In this document: positions 36,788 to 41,652 of the stretch, one piece after another
How positions within the stretch are numbered: the stretch's first letter is position 1
Layout of the letters: the number at the start of each line of letters is the position of its first letter
From: a virus
Lineage: Duplodnaviria > Caudoviricetes
Length of the DNA: 41,652 nt
IMG/VR virus record: IMGVR_UViG_3300044983_000068
Span: 1-41,652 of that record
Direction: 5' to 3' (one strand)
Notes under the pieces: model-generated
Seen by the model: the letters and a program-made list of their open reading frames with translations, nothing else
What the model was told of the DNA's origin: nothing
The model's database searches: none
Translations under genes and position numbers: made by a program

Positions 36788-37069
36788 TTAGGCCCCTGTC
36801 GCGGACCGGTTGGGAGCCAATGCCCTGGCGGCCGTCGGGCCGTGGAACAGCCAATCGGCGCTTACCCCGGTTATCTGGCAGAAGCGCGGGATCAGGTGGT
36901 GCGGCAGCATTGTGCGCGTTTCATAGCGGTAATACGTACCTTCCGCTATGCCAAGTGCCTGAGCCATCACCCTGTAGTCGTCGGTGTAGAGCTCACGAGC
37001 GGTCCGGACGCGCTTATAGAAGGCTATCCGGTAAGTGGCGGGGGTCATTTTGTCAGGAGGTCTACCCAC
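36788..37069 (-). CDS. CI-like repressor (XRE HTH only, no S24 peptidase domain)
   Basis: RVRTARE...MAQALGIAEGTYYRYE...FCQITGVSADWLF, divergent from cro. Start is GTG 37069 or ATG 37048. Confidence 0.8.
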   Translation of the reverse strand: MGRPPDKMTPATYRIAFYKRVRTARELYTDDYRVMAQALGIAEGTYYRYETRTMLPHHLIPRFCQITGVSADWLFHGPTAARALAPNRSATGA

Positions 37070-37105
37070 GACACGTATTGTCCGGGGAGGTTCCGGAAGT
37101 GTCAG

Positions 37106-37152
37106 TTGTAGACTGGTCCACGCTTGCATGGATTTATCGTCCATGATTGAAT
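37106..37152 (+). promoter_or_regulatory. pR promoter with OR operators
   Basis: TTGCAT-17-TTGAAT. Operator TGGAtttatcgTCCA (37129-37143) matches OL1, with a half site GTCCA at 37116-37120. Confidence 0.65.
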
Positions 37153-37158
37153 CGCCCA

Positions 37159-37401
37159 ATGCCAGCGATTCAGGACATATCTCAGATATCGGCCATCTGG
37201 GGCTCTCAGGCCGAAATGGCCCGAGACCTAGGGCTGCCTTATCAGCAGGTTGCGAAGTGGTTCCAGAGGGGGCGCATCCCTCCCGAGTCATTTGAACTCG
37301 TGATCGAAAAGGCGCGCCTGAAGGACGTCGCCCTTTCCCACGCGGTCTTGAATGGCCTGAACGCCCCTCGCGGGACAACGGTCCCGGTCCGGGCCAATTG
37401 A
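37159..37401 (+). CDS. Cro-like HTH protein
   Basis: IWGSQAEMARDLGLPYQQVAKWFQRGRIPP. Probably leaderless from pR. Confidence 0.85.
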   Translation: MPAIQDISQISAIWGSQAEMARDLGLPYQQVAKWFQRGRIPPESFELVIEKARLKDVALSHAVLNGLNAPRGTTVPVRAN

Positions 37402-37714
37402 TGACATCGCCCATGTGCGATCTCTCCATGAAAATGACACGAGAATCCCGTGCCCGTCCGTTGGCATCGCGCAATCCTTTCCGGGAGAGGTGTCAGGAGG
37501 CCCCAAACGGATGCGCTGTTCTTTTCGTCGCGCACCAATATGCGCCGAATTACACGCAACTGAAAGCCAGTTCGAAAGGCGTAGCGCCACTGGATGCTGT
37601 GCCGATTCAGGTACAACTGCGGGCACAACCCGATATATCGCAGCTTCACAGCGATTTATTTTATGCGGCGACGGGAATCGTTTTCAGCGGGACTAACCGC
37701 GACGTGGCGAGGCC

Positions 37715-37975
37715 TTGATGCCTACCACGCTCAAGTACGCCGGTCCCTGTCCCGATCACGTTCGGCATTACCACGCCTGCAATCACTGCAAGGCGCTGCG
37801 CGAACGTAAGAGAGCGCGGGTGCGTTCCGTTGAACCCAGATACCAGATTTACAGCGGCCTTCACTGGCCGGCGCCGGACTTCTCCTGCGGAGACTGCCCT
37901 GCGTGGGGAGAGTTTTTAGATAGGGAAAAGAAAACGCCCGGTGGTGGAAGTCCATCCGGGCGTCTTGGGACGTAG
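37715..37975 (+). CDS. Cys/His-rich protein at the cII position
   Basis: GAGG SD. The 3' end runs through the oop-like hairpin, as cII-position genes typically do. Confidence 0.5.
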   Translation: MMPTTLKYAGPCPDHVRHYHACNHCKALRERKRARVRSVEPRYQIYSGLHWPAPDFSCGDCPAWGEFLDREKKTPGGGSPSGRLGT

Positions 37976-37995
37976 TGAGCTTGCTGTGGAAGCAG
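37925..37995 (-). ncRNA. oop-like small antisense RNA (~70 nt)
   Basis: Minus-strand promoter TTGAAG-17-CATAGT (38028-38000) and intrinsic terminator acgcccgg/ccgggcgt (37934-37963) followed by TTTCTTTT on the minus strand. Confidence 0.6.
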
Positions 37996-38262
37996 CTCAA
38001 CTATGAACTTAGTTCGATCGGACTTCAAGGTGGCGACCGGAATACGCAGAACCTGATGGCTGGCGCGCTTATCGGAGCGGCGCGCAGCTGCCCCACCCGC
38101 CAGTGGGAGTAGCAGAGAACGGGCGAACATGGGCGATTGAGGTAGAGCCGAGCAGCCGCGCTCAGGACGAGCAAGCTGGACCGTGAATACCGGACATCAG
38201 GATCAGGCGGAGCGAAGAGCTTTCGGAGTGCAGGCGCAGGTAGCGTCCATGCGCGCTCCAGG
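37977..38262 (+). ncRNA. Candidate large structured non-coding element (putative origin/primer RNA)
   Basis: No long + strand ORF. Long-range helix 38052-38063/38190-38201 encloses several hairpins, with further stems on either side. Confidence 0.5.
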
Positions 38263-38490
38263 ATGAGGTGTGTCTTGCCGATTTGCCACTGTGGAAGTTC
38301 TGTCAGAGAGCACGACAACGAGCGGGCTGATGGTTTGTACGAAGTGGTCTGGAAGTGCCTGGCATGCGGTCGTCGCGAGGTGGCTCGTCGTGGAGTTCGA
38401 GAAATCCCCACAGGCAGCAGGGCACGTCGCTCCACTGAAAGCTCTCTGGGTGCTGAAGCAACAGAGAGAGTAGCTGTTCCATGGGCTTGA
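38263..38490 (+). CDS. Zn-ribbon hypothetical protein
   Basis: CHCG...WKCLACG. Confidence 0.45.
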   Translation: MRCVLPICHCGSSVREHDNERADGLYEVVWKCLACGRREVARRGVREIPTGSRARRSTESSLGAEATERVAVPWA

Positions 38491-38502
38491 CCATCGTGAA
38501 TA

Positions 38503-38880
38503 GTGTATCACATGAGTAATACAGCAAGGTTTATGCCGCAGAGGCTGGGTCAGTCGCCGCATCGCAAGTATCGAAATCAGCCAGTTACTGTCGACGGCTA
38601 CAAATTCGCCAGCAAGGCAGAAGCCCGAAGGTACGGCGAACTGCGATTGCTCGAGTTCGCAGGGCACATCATCAATCTTGAGCTCCAGCCGAAATTCGTG
38701 TTTGAGTTCCAGGGCGTCCGAATCGGAAGCTACAAGGCAGACTTCCGCTATTTGCTCCCGCATTCACCGACCCCGATCGTGGAGGACGTGAAGTCACCCG
38801 CTTCCAAAACGCAGGCTTACGAGCTTCGCAAGAAAATGATGAAGGCCTTCCATGGCATTGAGATACGCGAGGTCACATGA
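38503..38880 (+). CDS. DUF1064 PD-(D/E)XK-like nuclease
   Basis: KYRNQPVTVDGYKFASKAEARRYGEL...LELQPKF...YKADFRY...VEDVKS. Confidence 0.88.
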   Translation: MYHMSNTARFMPQRLGQSPHRKYRNQPVTVDGYKFASKAEARRYGELRLLEFAGHIINLELQPKFVFEFQGVRIGSYKADFRYLLPHSPTPIVEDVKSPASKTQAYELRKKMMKAFHGIEIREVT

Positions 38881-39119
38881 GCTGCAAGCACTGCCCCACA
38901 TGTAGCACGCAGGGTCAAATCTACGATTCGCGTCACACGAAAGACTATGTTCGTAGACGATACAAGTGCAGGGCCTGCGCGCTCCGCTGGTCAACCGTGG
39001 AGTTCTTTATTCCTGAAGATGCACATGATGTGCAGGGGTTTCTGAAACAGAAGGGCATATCTGCCGCACGCGAAGCCCTCGCACCACTACGGGCAGTGCT
39101 AGATTTGAATGTGCCATGA
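38877..39119 (+). CDS. NrdR-N-like Zn-ribbon protein
   Basis: CPTC...YDSR...VRRRYKCRACALRWSTVE. Confidence 0.75.
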   Translation: MSCKHCPTCSTQGQIYDSRHTKDYVRRRYKCRACALRWSTVEFFIPEDAHDVQGFLKQKGISAAREALAPLRAVLDLNVP

Positions 39120-39531
39120 AAGATACGCTGCGAAGGTGAAAACCTCGCTTGCGATAGTCTTTTTCTTGCTGTCGCTGATTGCAGCGCGCGCCGAAGCCGC
39201 CAATTCGTGGAACGAGCGCGATCTGAATTGGGGTCCGCCGACCGCATGCTTCGACGGTGATACGGACCTGACTCACTGTCAGGTCACCGGCTACAAGGTT
39301 GAAGTCGCGGGATCCTGCACGGCCATTTCATGGAACGTGCTCGCGACGGTTGGCAACGTGACGACCTACCATGTCACGAACCTGAAGCCGGGAAGCTACT
39401 GCTTCCGCACTCGAGCCATCACGACCGGCGGTGAAGGCGATCCTGCACTGACGATCCCCGCATCAAGGACCGTCGTCACTTCGCCGCAGCCGGTCAAAGC
39501 CGGGCCGCCTGGCGCCACTACCGTCTCCTGA
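39109..39531 (+). CDS. Exported fibronectin type III domain protein
   Basis: Signal peptide ending AEA, then LNWGPP...VTGYKV...YHVTNLKPGSYCFRTRA...GEG. Confidence 0.75.
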   Translation: MCHERYAAKVKTSLAIVFFLLSLIAARAEAANSWNERDLNWGPPTACFDGDTDLTHCQVTGYKVEVAGSCTAISWNVLATVGNVTTYHVTNLKPGSYCFRTRAITTGGEGDPALTIPASRTVVTSPQPVKAGPPGATTVS

Positions 39532-39540
39532 AAGGCCTCC

Positions 39541-40134
39541 ATGCGAATCCATGCCGCACTGCTGCTCATTGTCCTTTTCGGGGCATGGATGACATCCGGG
39601 GCGGTTCAGGCAGCCGATGCGCCGGCCGCGGGCTGCTGGCCGAAAGATACGCCACCAGTGATCCGCACGAATGCGGAAGGCTTTGCAGCGGTGTGGGGCT
39701 GCAAGGGAAAGTACGCATGGGTGGTGACGGGATTCGTGGGCCGCTGGTCCGAGCTCGCGCCGGCTGAAGTCACCAACGCAGCCTTCGGCAAGCTCATGAG
39801 CGATGCGACTGACGCTGAGAAGCTCGCCGCGTGGAGTCGCTACATCAACACCACATGGGACTCCGCGGGATACGCAAGCCTTCAGCCGCTGCGCCTGTCG
39901 GCGATCGAGGCACTGGGGCTCGTGAATCCCGCATATCGCGTCAAGGACAACGCCCTGAGCACGACGCGCCCAGTCTATGCGTACAACGCAGACGGACGCA
40001 TCAAGACCGAAGTGAAAGGCGAGCGCATCGCCGATAACGCCACATGTGATTGCGCCTACAAGGCAATCGAAGAGTCGGGCGGCCTCTACTGCGCTGTGAA
40101 GCTCGAAAGGGTCGCGCTGTGTGTACCGCGCTAG
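39541..40134 (+). CDS. Exported Cys-containing hypothetical protein
   Basis: Signal peptide ending VQA-A and six Cys. Confidence 0.65.
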   Translation: MRIHAALLLIVLFGAWMTSGAVQAADAPAAGCWPKDTPPVIRTNAEGFAAVWGCKGKYAWVVTGFVGRWSELAPAEVTNAAFGKLMSDATDAEKLAAWSRYINTTWDSAGYASLQPLRLSAIEALGLVNPAYRVKDNALSTTRPVYAYNADGRIKTEVKGERIADNATCDCAYKAIEESGGLYCAVKLERVALCVPR

Positions 40135-40329
40135 AACGGGCGGCTACAAGCTTTGTGCGTGCGGAAGTCAGATGGGGTTTAATGCTGAGCGCTGCCGCGA
40201 GTGCTACTACGCGCGAGACGGCTATTACCGCGCACCGCTTCAGCCCAGGACGGCGAATCGCATCAGCCCCATGTACATCGAGTGTTGGGGGATCGGACCT
40301 GTGAAGATCTCGCCAAAACCGAGAGCGAG

Positions 40330-40548
40330 ATGAGCGGTCGTCGCAAACTCTCCAATGCTGGTCGCGAGTTCATCATCCACTCAGTGACTCGCCGCCGTGA
40401 GCTGGAACGCGCATTGAGCATGCTGCCGACAAATAAGGTCCTTGCCGACGAATTGGGCGTAAGCGAGCGCTGGATTATCGCGATCGTGCGAAAGCACGCA
40501 CGGGTAGAAGTTTCACGTGGAACTGAAAATAGTTCCCATACTTCCTAA
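40330..40548 (+). CDS. Small HTH protein
   Basis: MSGRRKLS...TNKVLADELGVSERWIIAIV. Confidence 0.65.
   Translation: MSGRRKLSNAGREFIIHSVTRRRELERALSMLPTNKVLADELGVSERWIIAIVRKHARVEVSRGTENSSHTS
40510..40523. promoter_or_regulatory. parS-like palindrome
   Basis: GTTTCACGTGGAAC matches the 14-bp core of the chromosomal parS consensus GTTNCACGTGAAAC. Confidence 0.55.
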
Positions 40549-40648
40549 CACCTGAACAATTCTCGATGCTAAATAGATAGCCCTCTGCGATCGGAGGGCT
40601 GATGAAACTCTGCGACATCCTCAAGCCGAAGAGGCCGAGGCCGAAGAA

Positions 40649-40921
40649 GTGAGCGCAAACCGGATATTCCTGGTGTGCTCGCATCATCCGGCAATCGAGG
40701 ACGCATTTTGTATCGGTGATCGCGCGGTAGGTGAGGGGCAGTACACCGCTCCCAGCAATAAGCGCATGGATGACTGGTACCTGAAGCACATGGCCTGTGG
40801 CCGTGGCTTCGATCACTTCCAGCTTGCCTACCATCGCCCCCAGGATCACGACCTGCCCGCCGCGGCGGATCCGATCAAGGCAACTGTGCGCCTCGAGATC
40901 GCAAAGGCGGGGCTCCAGTGA
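40649..40921 (+). CDS. Hypothetical protein
   Basis: Coupled to the downstream GroES-like gene. Confidence 0.5.
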   Translation: MSANRIFLVCSHHPAIEDAFCIGDRAVGEGQYTAPSNKRMDDWYLKHMACGRGFDHFQLAYHRPQDHDLPAAADPIKATVRLEIAKAGLQ

Positions 40922-41313
40922 TGGAAGTCATCAACGGCCCGATCCGCATGATGCACGACCGGATCCTGCTCAAGCCGATGGACTGGGACGGTAAGGATGT
41001 CCACGGCACCGAATCCCGGATCCACGTCGTTCGCCACGGCCGACCCCTTCGCGGCCGAGTGATCGCCGTGGGGCCGGGGCACAACCCCATCAAGTACAAG
41101 CCCAATGCGCAGGGCAAGCGCGCGCAGATGGACTACAGCAAACACTTCCGCCGCACTGAGCTGCGCCCCGGAGATGTCGTGGAACTGGGTGGCCTGAACC
41201 AGTACGACGGCAAAGGCTATCAATTCACCGAAGTGATCTACAACGGCGAGCACCACGTCATTTGCAGCGAGCGGGACGTGTGCATCGTGCGTGATGACCT
41301 GAGGGCAGCATGA
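40918..41313 (+). CDS. GroES/Cpn10-like co-chaperonin
   Basis: IRMMHDRILLK...GRVIAVGPG...LRPGDVV...EVIYNGEHHVICSERDV. Confidence 0.8.
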   Translation: MMEVINGPIRMMHDRILLKPMDWDGKDVHGTESRIHVVRHGRPLRGRVIAVGPGHNPIKYKPNAQGKRAQMDYSKHFRRTELRPGDVVELGGLNQYDGKGYQFTEVIYNGEHHVICSERDVCIVRDDLRAA

Positions 41314-41652
41314 GTCGCTCAGGAGCAAAGAAGGTGAACGAGCGCAGCCTTCAGAACCTTAGGCCTTTTCCGAAGGGTGTCTCGGGCAACCCTGGAGGTA
41401 CCCCCAAGGGGTTACGCAAAACGCTGCAGGGAGACTTCCTGCGCGAGTTGTCGAAGGACTTTGGAGCACACGGCGCCGAGGCGATCCGGCAAGCCCGTGA
41501 AGATGACCCGCTCGGTTACATCCGCACGATCGCAGCCTTGATGCCCAAGGAGGTCGAGCTCGTACGTCCGCTCGAAGCTCTGAACGATGACGAACTTAGC
41601 GCCATTGCTGAACAACTCCGATCCGCGCTTGGTGCTGGCAGCGTTCGAGCAG
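41310..41652 (+). CDS. Terminase small subunit, 5' part (continues at window start)
   Basis: MSRSGAKKVNERSLQNLRPFPKGVSGNPGG..., with the NL.PF.KG.SGNP.G motif common in TerS. ATGA overlap with the GroES-like gene. Confidence 0.8.
   Translation, partial: MSRSGAKKVNERSLQNLRPFPKGVSGNPGGTPKGLRKTLQGDFLRELSKDFGAHGAEAIRQAREDDPLGYIRTIAALMPKEVELVRPLEALNDDELSAIAEQLRSALGAGSVRA
41526..41652. repeat. 127-bp exact repeat of 127-253
   Basis: Direct sequence identity. Confidence 0.95.

Noticed and set aside
37070-37474. 228-aa long version of the repressor
   Set aside because: The extension runs antisense through cro and the operator region, so it is an ORF-calling artefact.
41526-41652. Biological direct terminal repeat
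   Set aside because: The exact 127-nt length suggests a k-mer overlap, and the P22-like terminase implies headful packaging.
1-41652. CRISPR array or rRNA
   Set aside because: I saw no regularly spaced repeats or rRNA-like sequence.

Overview
A near-complete, circularly permuted genome (unit length about 41.4 kb) of a GC-rich temperate P22-like podophage, probably infecting a proteobacterium. The last 127 nt repeat positions 127-253 exactly, and the small terminase gene spans that junction. Gene order is TerS, TerL, portal, scaffold, HNH, coat, head accessory genes including a Maf/DUF115-like transferase, head-tail joining, ejection proteins, two tailspikes, an SGNH moron, lysis, a second tyrosine recombinase, attP (3' half of tRNA-Val), Int/Xis, a long leftward early operon (microproteins, HNH, DUF1364, NinB, ERF, C5 MTase), a cI/cro switch with operators, and a rightward early region. 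The most striking observation is that I can recognise no replication initiator, helicase or primase. At the position where lambdoid O/P genes sit (after a cII-position gene and an oop-like antisense unit) there is instead a ~290 nt non-coding segment rich in helices, a candidate RNA-based origin. Other notable items are a probable ATC start codon for the major capsid gene, a nested two-frame (EcoHK31I-type) methyltransferase, a parS-like site, two recombinases flanking attP, and several paralogous modules. All family assignments come from motif recognition by eye, not from database searches.
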